A DNA stretch of 35,386 nt from Anaerolineae bacterium (GCA_035464455.1 DATHSE010000297.1:1-35386), one strand, 5' to 3'. Positions 14,798 to 24,254 are shown, numbered from the stretch's first letter. Numbers and translations: made by a program. Notes: a model not told the origin generated them from the sequence alone.

Positions 14798-16018
14798 ATG
14801 ACTCGAAGGAGCCTTGGCGTACTTGCGGCAGCTGGCCTCTTGGCCACGGTCGCGGCGCCTGTCGCGGCCCAGGACTCGAGGGTCGTCACCATCCCGGACG
14901 GCGAGCCCGTCAAGCTCGGCGTCTACCAGGTCCTGTCAGGGCCCAACGCGGTGCTCGGCCAGGACATGGTCTACGGCATCCAGGTCGCGGTCGAGGACCG
15001 CGATGGCGAGATCCTTGGTCACCCCATCGAGCTGGTCATCCAGGACGAGCTCTGCACGGTCGAAGGCGGCGCACAGGCAGCACTTGCCATCGCCTCCGAC
15101 CCGACCGTCGTCGGCGTCATCGGCTCATCCTGCTCCGATGCCACCGTCGGTGCCATCCAGACGCTGACCGAAGCCGGCCTGACCGCGATCTCCGGCTCCG
15201 CCACGCGGCCATCCCTGACCGAGCCCACCCGCGGCCCCGAGTACGAGGCGTTCCTGCGCACGGCCTGGAGCGATGCCATCCAGGGCAAGTTCGTGGCCGA
15301 CTTCGCGCAGAGCATCGGCGTGACCAAGGCCGCCACCATCCATGACGGCTCGGCCTATGCCGAGGCGCTGGTGGGCGTGTTCGAGGATGAGTTCGAGGCA
15401 CTGGGCGGAGAGATCACCCTCTCCGAGGCTGTCTCGGCCGGTCAGACCGACATGAACCCGGTCCTGACCAACGTTGCCCAGGGTGGGCCTGAGCTCATCT
15501 ACTTCCCGGTCTTCACGGCTGAGGGCGGCTTCATCGCCGATCAGCACGCCGATGTGGCCGGCCTCGAGGACGTCATCCTCGTCGGCTCCGACGGCCTGTT
15601 CTCGCTCGACTTCGTCAAGGCCGCGGGTCCAGCGGTCGAGGGCATGTACCTGTCGAGCCCCAACTTCGGCGCCTTCCAGGAGGGCTACGCTGACCTGGTC
15701 GAGAAGTACCTCGACATCAGCGGCCTCGACAGCCCGCTGCAGGCGTTCCACGCGCACGCCTACGATGCCGCCAGCATCATGCTGGACACCGTCGCCCAGG
15801 TGGCCGTGGAGAACGAAGACGGCTCCATGGACATCGATCTCGGCGCGCTGCGCGAGGCCCTCTACGCCACCACCGACTATCCGGGTGTGACCGGCAGCCT
15901 CACGTGCACCGAGCATGGCGACTGCAGTGCGCCCATCATCGCCATCTATCAGGTCGGCGCCGAGACCATCGAGGACGAGGTCTGGCCACCGCCCGTGGTC
16001 TGGGCCCCGGAGGCCTAG
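14798..16018 (+). CDS. Branched-chain amino-acid-type ABC transporter substrate-binding protein (type I periplasmic binding fold)
   Basis: Signal peptide MTRRSLGVLAAAGLLATVAAPVAAQD. GGAGGAG lies 10 nt upstream of the start. LivJ/K-like body (VKLGVYQVLSGPNAVLGQD.., GVIGSSCSDAT..). It heads a livHMGF block. The ORF track start at 14705 was trimmed. Confidence 0.9.
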   Translation: MTRRSLGVLAAAGLLATVAAPVAAQDSRVVTIPDGEPVKLGVYQVLSGPNAVLGQDMVYGIQVAVEDRDGEILGHPIELVIQDELCTVEGGAQAALAIASDPTVVGVIGSSCSDATVGAIQTLTEAGLTAISGSATRPSLTEPTRGPEYEAFLRTAWSDAIQGKFVADFAQSIGVTKAATIHDGSAYAEALVGVFEDEFEALGGEITLSEAVSAGQTDMNPVLTNVAQGGPELIYFPVFTAEGGFIADQHADVAGLEDVILVGSDGLFSLDFVKAAGPAVEGMYLSSPNFGAFQEGYADLVEKYLDISGLDSPLQAFHAHAYDAASIMLDTVAQVAVENEDGSMDIDLGALREALYATTDYPGVTGSLTCTEHGDCSAPIIAIYQVGAETIEDEVWPPPVVWAPEA

Positions 16019-16052
16019 TCATCATCATCCGGTCGAGCTGACCGGACGTGGC

Positions 16053-16084
16053 GACGAGCCGGGCGTCGAAGCGCCCGGCTCGTC
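16053..16084 (+). terminator. Intra-operon 13-bp perfect stem-loop between the binding-protein and permease genes (attenuator / mRNA-stabilising hairpin)
   Basis: gacgagccgggcg (16053-16065), loop tcgaag, then cgcccggctcgtc (16072-16084). Confidence 0.5.
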
Positions 16085-16128
16085 CATGTCCATCACGCCG
16101 GAACCAGTAGCGGATCCAGAACCCGACC

Positions 16129-17238
16129 ATGCGAACGACCCTGAGAACGCGCCGCGCCCCGAGCAGGACTGAGACCGCCTTCGAGGCGGCTGTCAGCGCC
16201 TTCCTGTGGGCCTTCCGCATCGTCCTCGTGCTCATCGTGGTGGTGGGATCCGTCATCACCATCAGCAGCGGCAAGTTCACCCTCGAGACATGGGTGGACC
16301 TGGTCGTCAAGGGCGCCGTGCAGGGCGGCATCTACGCCCTCATCGCGCTGGGCTACACGATGGTCTACGGGATCATGCGCATGATCAACTTCGCCCACGG
16401 CGAAGTCTTCATGATCGGCATCTTCTCCGGTTACTTCGCAGCCGAGATCCTCGATGAGCTGGGCATCCTCAACGCCAACGTGGTGGCGTCGCTCTTCTCC
16501 TTCCTGCTGATGATGGCCATCGCCGCCTGCGTCTCCACGCTCGTGGCGCTGGCGGTGGAACGCGTGGCTTACCGCCCCCTGCGCAACTCGCCCAGGCTTG
16601 TGCTGCTCATCTCGGCCATCGGCGCCTCGTTCTTCCTGCAGTACACCGTGGCCGGCCTGGTGGGCCCGGGCATCTTCCGCTATCCGACCATCGACATCCT
16701 CGAGGAGAAGGTGGGGCTGCCGGTCATATCGGCGCTGGGCATGAGCTGGATCCAGGTCGTCGTCATCGTCTCGGCCCTGGTGATGATGGCCGTGCTGTAC
16801 CTCTTCGTGATGCGCTCCAAGATCGGCACCGCGATCCGTGCCGTCTCCGAGGACAAGCAGACGGCCGCCCTGATGGGCATCGACGTCAACCGCGCCATCG
16901 TCACCACCTTCGCGGTAGGCGCGGCCATGGCCGGCGCCGCCGGCGTGCTCTATGGCCTGCTGTTCGGCCAGGTGCAGTTCTACACGGGCTTCATCCCCGG
17001 CATCAAGGCTTTCACCGCGGCCGTGCTCGGTGGCATCGGCAACATCCCTGGCGCCATGGTCGGCGGCTTCGTGCTGGGCGAAGCCGAGTCCATCGGCTCA
17101 CTGCTGATCATCGACGGCCTCGGTGTGCCCGGATCCGGCCAACTCAAGGACGTGATCGCCTTCACCATCCTGGTGATGGTGCTGATGTTCCGGCCGCAGG
17201 GCATCCTCGGTGAGCGCCTCTCGAGGTCGCGAGCGTGA
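16129..17238 (+). CDS. livH: Branched-chain amino-acid ABC transporter permease (LivH type)
   Basis: GGIYALIALGYTMVYGIMRMINFAHGE is a LivH hallmark. There are multiple TM segments. An N-terminal extension of about 45 aa with one extra hydrophobic segment is present. Confidence 0.9.
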   Translation: MRTTLRTRRAPSRTETAFEAAVSAFLWAFRIVLVLIVVVGSVITISSGKFTLETWVDLVVKGAVQGGIYALIALGYTMVYGIMRMINFAHGEVFMIGIFSGYFAAEILDELGILNANVVASLFSFLLMMAIAACVSTLVALAVERVAYRPLRNSPRLVLLISAIGASFFLQYTVAGLVGPGIFRYPTIDILEEKVGLPVISALGMSWIQVVVIVSALVMMAVLYLFVMRSKIGTAIRAVSEDKQTAALMGIDVNRAIVTTFAVGAAMAGAAGVLYGLLFGQVQFYTGFIPGIKAFTAAVLGGIGNIPGAMVGGFVLGEAESIGSLLIIDGLGVPGSGQLKDVIAFTILVMVLMFRPQGILGERLSRSRA

Positions 17239-19070
17239 GCACGGCGGCGGCTGTCAGCGGCCGGAGCGAGGGACTCGAGCGCCGCCTCGGGGCCTGGAAG
17301 CCGGTCCTCATCGCCGGTCTCCTCGCCGGTTTCGTTTCGCTGTACGTCACGCTCGTGGGGATCGTCGGCACCTTCCAGGAGAGGGAGATCGTCGAGGACG
17401 TGGTCACCGTGGGCGAGGCGGTGCTGGTGCTCACGGCGGTGCTGGCCGGCTACGTCGGGGCGCGACGGGCGCCGGGTGGCGTGCTCAACGCCATCGTCGG
17501 ATCGGCCCTCGTGGGCCTGATGGCCGGGGCGGCGCTCTCGCTGCTGATCATCCTCGGCCCCATGGTGGACCTGCGCGCCTACCTGCCCAATGCCTCTCCC
17601 GACCTGTATGAGCTCATCTCCGGGGCGGAGTTGCTGGGCGTCGAGGATGCCCGCGACATGTGGCGCGGCGAGGCCTTCCCCATCACGTTCTGGTTCCCGG
17701 CCCTGGTGGGCATGTCGCTGGGCGCGCTGGGCGGTCTGCTGGCGCTGCTGCCGAGGACCCCGCGGGTGCTGATCCTCGTCAGCGTCGCAGCCATCGTCGG
17801 CATGGGCCTCTTCTCCAGCATCCTGCGCTCGCCCATGCTGCAGCGAGATGCCACGGCCGGCATCGCACGCGAGCTCTTCGCCTCCAACGGCCTGACCATC
17901 ACCGGCGTGGTCCTGATCCTGGGCATCGTCATCGCGGTGTACCTGGTGCACCGGCTGGTGCAGCCGACGAGGCGCTTCCGGGCGCTGCCCCGGGAGACAC
18001 AGCGACACCCGGCCATCGTCATCCCCGCCGGCGCCCTGGCGCTGCTCATCGTGCTGCTGCTGCCGCTTGGCTTCACCGGCTTCATCCCCTCGGTCATCGC
18101 GCTCATCGCGCTCTATGCGCTGATGGGCCTGGGTCTCAACATCACGCTCGGCATGGCCGGCCTGCTCGATCTCGGCTTCGTGGCGTTCTTCGCCGTCGGC
18201 GCCTACACCACCGCGCTGCTGACCTCGACCGGCGAGCTGGGTATCGCACAGTGGCCCTTCTTCGTGGCCATCCCCTTCGCCATGCTGGTGGCGATGGGCT
18301 TCGGGATCCTGCTGGGCCTGCCCATCCTGGGCATCCGCGGCGACTATCTCGCCATCGCGACGCTCGGGTTCGGGGAGATCATCTCCATCCTCGCCCGCTC
18401 CGACCTGCTCAAGGAGACCATCGGCGGCCCACGCGGCATCCTGAACGTGCCCAAGCCGCTGGCCTCGGTCGGTGTCGACATCCCGCCCGACCACTTCCTG
18501 GCAGGCCCCAACCAGATCTACTACATCTCGCTCATCTGCATCGCTGTCATCGCCTTCATCGCGGTGCGATTGCGTGACTCGCGCCTGGGCCGCGCCTGGG
18601 TGGCCATCCGCGAGGACGAGGATGTAGCCGAGGCGCTGGGCATCAACCTCGTCCAGACCAAGTCGCTGGCATACATGCTGGGCGCCGCCTTCGCCGGCCT
18701 CGGTGGCGCGGTCTTCGCGGCCCTCTTCGGCTCCATCATCTCCAGCTCCATCAACCTCAACGTCTCCATCCTGATCGTCACCATCGTCGTCATCGGCGGC
18801 ATGGGCAGCATCCCCGGGGTGGTGCTGGGTGCCATCGTCATCATCGGCCTGCCGGAGCTCTTCCGCGAGTTCGCCGAGTACCGCTTCCTGCTGTACGGCA
18901 TCGCGCTGATCCTGGTGATGCACTGGCGGCCCGAAGGCCTCCTGCCATCGAGGGTCGGCCGTGAGGCGCTGTATCACGAGGAGCAGACGATGGAAGGCGA
19001 GCCTTCGGGACCGCCGCCGCCCGACCCGGCCGATATCGAGCCCGCGACCAGCTCGAGCGGAGGAGCCTAG
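17235..19070 (+). CDS. livM: Branched-chain amino-acid ABC transporter permease (LivM type) with a long N-terminal membrane extension
   Basis: The GTG start overlaps the livH stop (GTGA). The conserved LivM core begins around residue 290 (ALYALMGLGLNITLGMAGLLDLGFVAFFAVGAYT). The first ~290 aa form additional hydrophobic segments. Confidence 0.9.
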   Translation: MSTAAAVSGRSEGLERRLGAWKPVLIAGLLAGFVSLYVTLVGIVGTFQEREIVEDVVTVGEAVLVLTAVLAGYVGARRAPGGVLNAIVGSALVGLMAGAALSLLIILGPMVDLRAYLPNASPDLYELISGAELLGVEDARDMWRGEAFPITFWFPALVGMSLGALGGLLALLPRTPRVLILVSVAAIVGMGLFSSILRSPMLQRDATAGIARELFASNGLTITGVVLILGIVIAVYLVHRLVQPTRRFRALPRETQRHPAIVIPAGALALLIVLLLPLGFTGFIPSVIALIALYALMGLGLNITLGMAGLLDLGFVAFFAVGAYTTALLTSTGELGIAQWPFFVAIPFAMLVAMGFGILLGLPILGIRGDYLAIATLGFGEIISILARSDLLKETIGGPRGILNVPKPLASVGVDIPPDHFLAGPNQIYYISLICIAVIAFIAVRLRDSRLGRAWVAIREDEDVAEALGINLVQTKSLAYMLGAAFAGLGGAVFAALFGSIISSSINLNVSILIVTIVVIGGMGSIPGVVLGAIVIIGLPELFREFAEYRFLLYGIALILVMHWRPEGLLPSRVGREALYHEEQTMEGEPSGPPPPDPADIEPATSSSGGA

Positions 19071-19073
19071 GCC

Positions 19074-19985
19074 GTGGCACTGCTCGAGACACGCAACGCG
19101 ACCAAGCGCTTCGGCGGCTTGATGGCCGTCAACGACCTGACCTTCGATCTGGATGAGGGCGCCATCGTCAGCGTCATCGGCCCCAATGGGGCCGGCAAGA
19201 CGACGTTCTTCAACTGCATCGCCGGCTTCTACCAGATCGATGAGGGCAGCATCACGCTCGACGGAACGGAGATCCAGCAGCTGCGCCCGGACAAGATCGC
19301 GCGCCTGGGTCTGTCGCGGACGTACCAGAACATCCGTCTCTTCGGCGGCATGACGGCTACCGAGAACGTGCTCGTGGGCCAGCACCAGCATCTCGATGCA
19401 TCCTGGATCCACGCGGTGCTGCGGACGCGCGACCAGCGGGCGGAAGAGGCTGAGGCGCTGGCGGAGGCGGGCCGCCTGCTCGACTATGTCGGTCTCGCCG
19501 GTCGGCATGACCGGTTGGCCAGCAACATGCCCGACGGCGATCAGCGACGGCTGGAGATCGCCCGGGCGCTGGGCACGAACCCGCGCATCCTGCTGCTCGA
19601 CGAGCCCACCGCCGGCATGAATCCGGCCGAGACCCACGAGATGACCGCCCTCATCCGTCGGCTGCGCGACGACCTGGGCATCACCATCCTGCTCATCGAG
19701 CACGAGATGCGCGTGGTCATGGACATCTCTGAGCGCATCACCGTGCTCGACTACGGTCAGCGCATCGCGGAGGGCACGCCGGCCCAGATCCAGCGCGACC
19801 AGCGCGTCATCGAAGCCTACCTGGGCAGGGCCGCCGCGGAGGCCGAGGCGGAGCGAGTCGAAGCGCAGGCCGAGGCCGAGCGAGTCGAAGCGCAGGCCGA
19901 GGCGGCGCCACGTGACACGCAGGCCCAGGACGAGAGCGCGGAAGCGCAAGCCCAAGCCTCCGCCGACCCGGCTACGAAGGACTGA
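19074..19985 (+). CDS. livG: Branched-chain amino-acid ABC transporter ATP-binding protein (LivG type) with a repetitive acidic C-terminal tail
   Basis: Walker A GPNGAGKTTFFN, signature MPDGDQRRLEIARAL, Walker B ILLLDEPTAGMN, IEHEM. The tail reads AAEAEAERVEAQAEAERVEAQAEAAPRD. Confidence 0.9.
   Translation: MALLETRNATKRFGGLMAVNDLTFDLDEGAIVSVIGPNGAGKTTFFNCIAGFYQIDEGSITLDGTEIQQLRPDKIARLGLSRTYQNIRLFGGMTATENVLVGQHQHLDASWIHAVLRTRDQRAEEAEALAEAGRLLDYVGLAGRHDRLASNMPDGDQRRLEIARALGTNPRILLLDEPTAGMNPAETHEMTALIRRLRDDLGITILLIEHEMRVVMDISERITVLDYGQRIAEGTPAQIQRDQRVIEAYLGRAAAEAEAERVEAQAEAERVEAQAEAAPRDTQAQDESAEAQAQASADPATKD
19842..19904 (+). repeat. 27-bp in-frame tandem repeat (about 2.3 units) in the livG 3' end
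   Basis: gccgaggcggagcgagtcgaagcgcag (19842-19868) is followed by gccgaggccgagcgagtcgaagcgcag (19869-19895) and a partial third unit. The two full units differ by one mismatch. Confidence 0.85.
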
Positions 19986-19991
19986 CTGACG

Positions 19992-20705
19992 ATGGCGCTG
20001 CTCGAGATCGACGGACTGCACACGTACTACGGCAAGATCCACGCCCTGCGTGGGGTCTCGCTCAGCGTGGACGAGGGCGAGATCGTGACGCTCATCGGAG
20101 CCAACGGCGCCGGCAAGACCACGACGCTCAACACCGTCAGCGGCCTGCTCGTGCCCAAGCAAGGCAGCATCCGCTTCGGGGGCGAGGACATGACCCACGT
20201 GCCACCTCACCAGGTGGTCACGCGCGGCGTCGTGCAGGTGCCGGAGGGCCGGCGCATCTTCGCGCAACTGACCGTCGAAGAGAACCTCCGCATGGGCGCC
20301 TACATCGTCGATGACGGCAAGCTGGTGCAGGAGGGTGTCGACAACGCCTACGAGATGTTCCCGCGGCTGAAGGAGCGCCGCAGCCAGATCGCAGGCACGC
20401 TCTCAGGCGGCGAGCAGCAGATGCTGGCCATGGGTCGCGCGCTGATGACGAAGCCGCGCATCCTGCTGCTTGACGAGCCTTCCATGGGCCTCGCCCCCAA
20501 CCTTGTCGAGTACATCTTCGAGACCGTCCAGCGCATCCATGCGGAAGGGGCCGCCATCCTGTTGGTGGAGCAGAACGCGGCCACGGCGCTGACCATCGCG
20601 CATCGCGGCTACGTGCTGCAGACGGGGCGCATCATCCTGGCCGACTCGGCCGAAGGCCTGGCGGCCAACGAGGACGTGCGCCGCTCCTACCTGGGCGAGA
20701 TCTAG
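19992..20705 (+). CDS. livF: Branched-chain amino-acid ABC transporter ATP-binding protein (LivF type)
   Basis: Walker A GANGAGKTTTLN, signature LSGGEQQMLAMGRAL, Walker B ILLLDEPSMGLAP, VEQN. Confidence 0.9.
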   Translation: MALLEIDGLHTYYGKIHALRGVSLSVDEGEIVTLIGANGAGKTTTLNTVSGLLVPKQGSIRFGGEDMTHVPPHQVVTRGVVQVPEGRRIFAQLTVEENLRMGAYIVDDGKLVQEGVDNAYEMFPRLKERRSQIAGTLSGGEQQMLAMGRALMTKPRILLLDEPSMGLAPNLVEYIFETVQRIHAEGAAILLVEQNAATALTIAHRGYVLQTGRIILADSAEGLAANEDVRRSYLGEI

Positions 20706-20798
20706 GTCGGCGGCATCCAGCCGCCCCTGCCGTGCCCGCGCGGGCGTCCCTGGCCGGTCCCGGCGCAGGGTGGCGCCGACTGGCTTGGCCTTGGTTCA

Positions 20799-20935
20799 CC
20801 CGGCGTTCCATCGCGACCGGCGTAGCTCCCGGCGCGTAGATCCGGAACAGCTGGCGAACCAGCGTGACAGCTTGGGTCGACCCGCGTTCCACGGCGACGC
20901 GCAGGCCGGCGTGGAGGTCGCGATGGAACGCCGGG
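20799..20935. repeat. Intergenic element: perfect 20-bp inverted repeat with a 97-nt spacer plus a third degenerate copy
   Basis: cccggcgttccatcgcgacc (20799-20818) is the exact reverse complement of ggtcgcgatggaacgccggg (20916-20935). A degenerate direct copy, cccgcgttccacggcgacg, lies at 20881-20899. The element sits in the 391-bp gap between convergent operons. Confidence 0.75.
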
Positions 20936-21096
20936 CGCACCACGGACGGCGTGACAGGCGACAGCAAGGTCGTCCCGAGCAGAGCAGCCGGTCGCCATGA
21001 GCGCAAGGCGGCCTCGCGCGGCGCCGGCGGTCGCCGGGCCGCCCTGCCCGGCACCCGGCCTCAGCCGGCCGTGGCACCACTCGTTGGCTGTCCGGT

Positions 21097-21972
21097 CTAG
21101 CCGGCTCCCCCGTGCCCGTGCATGCTGCCACCCCCGCCGCTGCGGCCCACGAAGGAAGACTCTGCCACCGACGGCTCCGCCGGGGGCGCCTTGGCGCCCT
21201 CGCTCAGGAAGCGCCGCAGGAACTGCTTGGTTGACTCCTCCCTGGGATCGTCGAGCACCTGTTCCGGAGGCCCCTCCTCGACCACGACGCCACCCTCCAG
21301 GTACAGCACGCGGTCCGCTGCCTCGCGCGCGAAGGCCATCTCATGGGACACGACGATCATCGTCGAGCCCTCATGAGCGAGCTGCTCCATGACCACGATG
21401 ACCTCGCCGATGAGCTCGGGATCGAGGGCGCTGGTGGGCTCGTCGAAAAGCATCACCTTGGGCTCCATGGTCAGGGCGCGGGCGATCGCCGCGCGCTGCT
21501 GCTGGCCACCGGAGAGGCGCGAGGGATAGTCATCACGCTTGTCGATCATCTGCACCTTCTCGAGGAAGCGCTCGGCAGTCTCGATGGCCTGACGGCGCGG
21601 CACGCCCTTCACGGTCATGGGTGCCTCGATGCAGTTCTCCAGCACGGTCATATGGGGGAAGAGGTTGAAACCCTGGAAGACCATGCCCATCTGGGTGCGC
21701 AGCTGGCGTATCTGCGAGCGGCGCGCGCGGCCCTGTCGCTGCAGCGGGTCGGCATCGACACGCGCATCGCCCAGCCGCACGTAGCCCACCGTGGGCTCCT
21801 CCAGGAAGTTCAGACCGCGCAGAAAGGTCGTCTTGCCGGATCCGGAGCGCCCGATGAGCATGATCGTCTCATGCTGGCGGACAGCCAGGCTGATGCCGCG
21901 CAGGACATGCGTGGTGCCGAACCACTTCTCGATGTCGGCAGCCTCGATGACCACCTCACCCAGAGCCACCAT
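21097..21972 (-). CDS. Polar amino-acid ABC transporter ATP-binding protein (GlnQ/HisP type) with a Gly/His-rich C-terminal tail
   Basis: Walker A GRSGSGKTTFLR, signature LSGGQQQRAAIARAL, Walker B MLFDEPTSALDPE, VSHEM. The start overlaps the permease stop (TGATG). Confidence 0.9.
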   Translation of the reverse strand: MVALGEVVIEAADIEKWFGTTHVLRGISLAVRQHETIMLIGRSGSGKTTFLRGLNFLEEPTVGYVRLGDARVDADPLQRQGRARRSQIRQLRTQMGMVFQGFNLFPHMTVLENCIEAPMTVKGVPRRQAIETAERFLEKVQMIDKRDDYPSRLSGGQQQRAAIARALTMEPKVMLFDEPTSALDPELIGEVIVVMEQLAHEGSTMIVVSHEMAFAREAADRVLYLEGGVVVEEGPPEQVLDDPREESTKQFLRRFLSEGAKAPPAEPSVAESSFVGRSGGGGSMHGHGGAG

Positions 21973-22823
21973 CAGCGGTCACTCCTGGCCATGCGCCGCT
22001 CGAGACGCTCCTGGAAGTACGAGAAGACCACGGTCAGGATCCAGTAGACGACGGCCGCCAGGAGCAGCGTCTCGAAGTTGTGGAACTTGGACTTGCCGAC
22101 GGTGCTGGCACGCCACATCAGCTCCTGGACCCCCATGAAGGACACCAGGGCCGAGTCCGTGATCATGGCGATGAACTCGTTGCCGACGGCCGGGGTGACG
22201 ATGCGCACCGCCTGCGGCATCACGATGCGAGCCATGATGCGCCGCTGCGTCATGCCCAGGGCCGCAGCAGCCTCGCGCTGCCCGCGTGGCACGGCCTGGA
22301 TGCCAGCCCGGAAGATCTCCGTCATGTAGGCCCCGTAGTTGAAGCCCAGCGCGAAGATGCCCAGCCAGATGAGGTCGATGGCCGATGCGCCGGGCCAGAT
22401 CGTGGGCAGCGCCAGCCAGACGAAGAAGATCTGGACGATCAGCGGGGTGCCCCGCACGAGCGAGACGTACAGGGTCGCCAGCGCGTAGACCGGGGCCACC
22501 ACGGAGATCCGGCCCATGGCCCCCAGCAGGGCGAAGACGATGGCCAGCAGGATGGAGGCCACCGCGATGAACACGGTGATGGGGACACCACCGAGGATGA
22601 ACTGGACCCAGGGCCGCAGCCAGAGCAGGTCGACCGCGCCGCCGGCCACCAGAAGGGTCACCAGCCCACCGATGAAGAGGACCCAGGTGGCCACGAAGAC
22701 GAGACGGAAGCGCAGCTTGCGGCGAGCGTCAGCGGCCGCGATCTGGCCGACGATGGCGTGCGCCTCCGGGGACGGGGCTGGCGCCCGTCCACCGGGACCC
22801 TGTCTGTCGGCAGCCATCGTCAT
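21972..22823 (-). CDS. Polar amino-acid ABC transporter permease (His/Glu/Gln/Arg/opine family)
   Basis: EAA loop EAAAALGMTQRRIMARIVMPQAVRIVTPAVGNEFI. Multiple TM segments. Confidence 0.9.
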   Translation of the reverse strand: MTMAADRQGPGGRAPAPSPEAHAIVGQIAAADARRKLRFRLVFVATWVLFIGGLVTLLVAGGAVDLLWLRPWVQFILGGVPITVFIAVASILLAIVFALLGAMGRISVVAPVYALATLYVSLVRGTPLIVQIFFVWLALPTIWPGASAIDLIWLGIFALGFNYGAYMTEIFRAGIQAVPRGQREAAAALGMTQRRIMARIVMPQAVRIVTPAVGNEFIAMITDSALVSFMGVQELMWRASTVGKSKFHNFETLLLAAVVYWILTVVFSYFQERLERRMARSDR

Positions 22824-22888
22824 GGCGCGTCCTCGATGGGAGGGAGGAGCCCAGGCCCCTCCCTCGGCTCAGGTGTGCGGAGCGGATG

Positions 22889-23755
22889 CTACTCCGCTGG
22901 TGGCATGGTGAGGTCCATGCCATACCACGTCTGGCTCAACGCCCTCAGCGTCCCGTCGGCGTGCATCTCGCCGATGATGGCATCCACCGCGGCCACGAGC
23001 GAATCGTTGTCCTCGATGCCGTTGTCGAAGGCCGCGGCCAGCGGCTCGTAGAAGACCGGCTCACCGAGGGCCATCACGGGCAGGCCCTCGTCGATGGCAC
23101 CCTGGACCGTGGGCGCAGCAGTGAGCCAGCCTTCGAAGTCCATGCGCCCGGCTGCCCAGGACTCAGCGCAGTTACGGTCCGTGGGCAGCGTGGTGGCCAC
23201 CGATCCCTCCGGGGGGACCGTGTCCGGCGTCTCCGTGCCGAAGTCGAGCTCACCGTTGTACCAGTCGAGGTAGGTGGTGCCCTCGCCCATGCACACGGTC
23301 GTCCCGGCCAGGTCGTCGAGAGTGGTGTAGCCGCTGTCGGTGCGCACGGCGAACTGGGCCGGCGTGTAGTAGTAGGGCTGCGTGAAGTCCAGGACCTCCT
23401 GGCGGGCCGAGGTGATGGTCACGGAGCCCACGCTGAAGTCCCAGCGGTCGGACCAGTTGCCGGCCGAGACGAGCGCGAAGTCGGGCGTCTCGAAGACGAT
23501 GTCCACGCCGAGGCGCGTGGCGATCTCCGTGCCGACATCGATATCGAAGCCGTTCAGGCTGCCGTCAGTGTCCAGGAATGACTGCGGCGGATAGGCCGGG
23601 TCGGTCGACATGCGGATGACGCCGTCGGCCTGGATCCGCGCGAGCATGTCCGGCTCGGCCTCCTGCGCGACGGCGGGGGCGGCGAACGCCAGCGCCAGCA
23701 GTGCTGACGACGAGACGGCGAACGCACGCCTGCTGCGAGTGCCCATTGACATCAT
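22889..23755 (-). CDS. Amino-acid ABC transporter substrate-binding protein (family 3), possibly Tat-exported
   Basis: SBP_bac_3-like body (IRMSTDPAYPPQSFLD..GFDIDVGTEIATRLG..). The signal peptide has a twin-arginine motif (TRSRRAFAV...AVAQE). GGAGGG lies just upstream of ATG 23755/23752. The ORF track start at 23833 was trimmed. Confidence 0.85.
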   Translation of the reverse strand: MMSMGTRSRRAFAVSSSALLALAFAAPAVAQEAEPDMLARIQADGVIRMSTDPAYPPQSFLDTDGSLNGFDIDVGTEIATRLGVDIVFETPDFALVSAGNWSDRWDFSVGSVTITSARQEVLDFTQPYYYTPAQFAVRTDSGYTTLDDLAGTTVCMGEGTTYLDWYNGELDFGTETPDTVPPEGSVATTLPTDRNCAESWAAGRMDFEGWLTAAPTVQGAIDEGLPVMALGEPVFYEPLAAAFDNGIEDNDSLVAAVDAIIGEMHADGTLRALSQTWYGMDLTMPPAE

Positions 23756-23888
23756 TGCCCTCCATAGTGCATTGGGTCGACCCGTTTTACCACGCGACGC
23801 AAGTGCCAGGGGCTCGTTCGCGCGCTCCGTCACCCGAATGGAACGCTGATGCTACGCCCTCGCATGACACGCGCCGTACACTTGCGGC

Positions 23889-24254
23889 ATGGATGCCGAG
23901 GGCTGGTTGACGAGCGAGCTGGCGTCCTTCGGCTGCGCAGCCTGCGGTCAGGCGTACGGCAAGGGTCACATCCACCTCATCGCGCAGCGCGAGGAGCTGT
24001 ACTTCGTCGACCTGTCGTGCCAGCACTGCGGCTCGCAGGCTGTCGCCATCGTGACCATCGAGCTCGACGGCGAGCGCGCCACGCTGGAAGGCGGCGAGCT
24101 GGTGCGCGCCCCCAGCGCGGATAGCGCTGCCGATGCCGCTCCCGATGGTCCGCCCATCAGCACTGACGACGTGCTGGACGCTCACGAGGTGCTCAAGGGC
24201 TTCGAGGGCGATGTCCATCAGCTCATCGCACGCTTCCGCGGAGAGGAGCGTTGA
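23889..24254 (+). CDS. Hypothetical Zn-ribbon protein (CxxC...CxxC)
   Basis: FGCAACGQ...LSCQHCGS forms a four-Cys ribbon, followed by an acidic linker and a helical C-terminus. The codon usage looks coding-like. The stop overlaps the next gene's TTG start. Confidence 0.55.
   Translation: MDAEGWLTSELASFGCAACGQAYGKGHIHLIAQREELYFVDLSCQHCGSQAVAIVTIELDGERATLEGGELVRAPSADSAADAAPDGPPISTDDVLDAHEVLKGFEGDVHQLIARFRGEER

Noticed and set aside
16980-20267. 1095-aa ORF on the minus strand spanning the whole livH-livM-livG-livF region
   Set aside because: It is antisense to four genes with unmistakable ABC permease/ATPase motifs. Its product is Arg/Gly/Asp/His-rich with no hydrophobic core or motif. This is a typical stop-codon-poor shadow frame in very GC-rich DNA.
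20770-21000. 76-aa ORF (and four overlapping ORFs) inside the livF/glnQ-type intergenic gap
   Set aside because: The ORFs mutually overlap on both strands and are Arg/Pro-rich, with no Shine-Dalgarno. The repeated HPAFHRD/RPAFHGD peptides simply reflect the DNA inverted and direct repeats.
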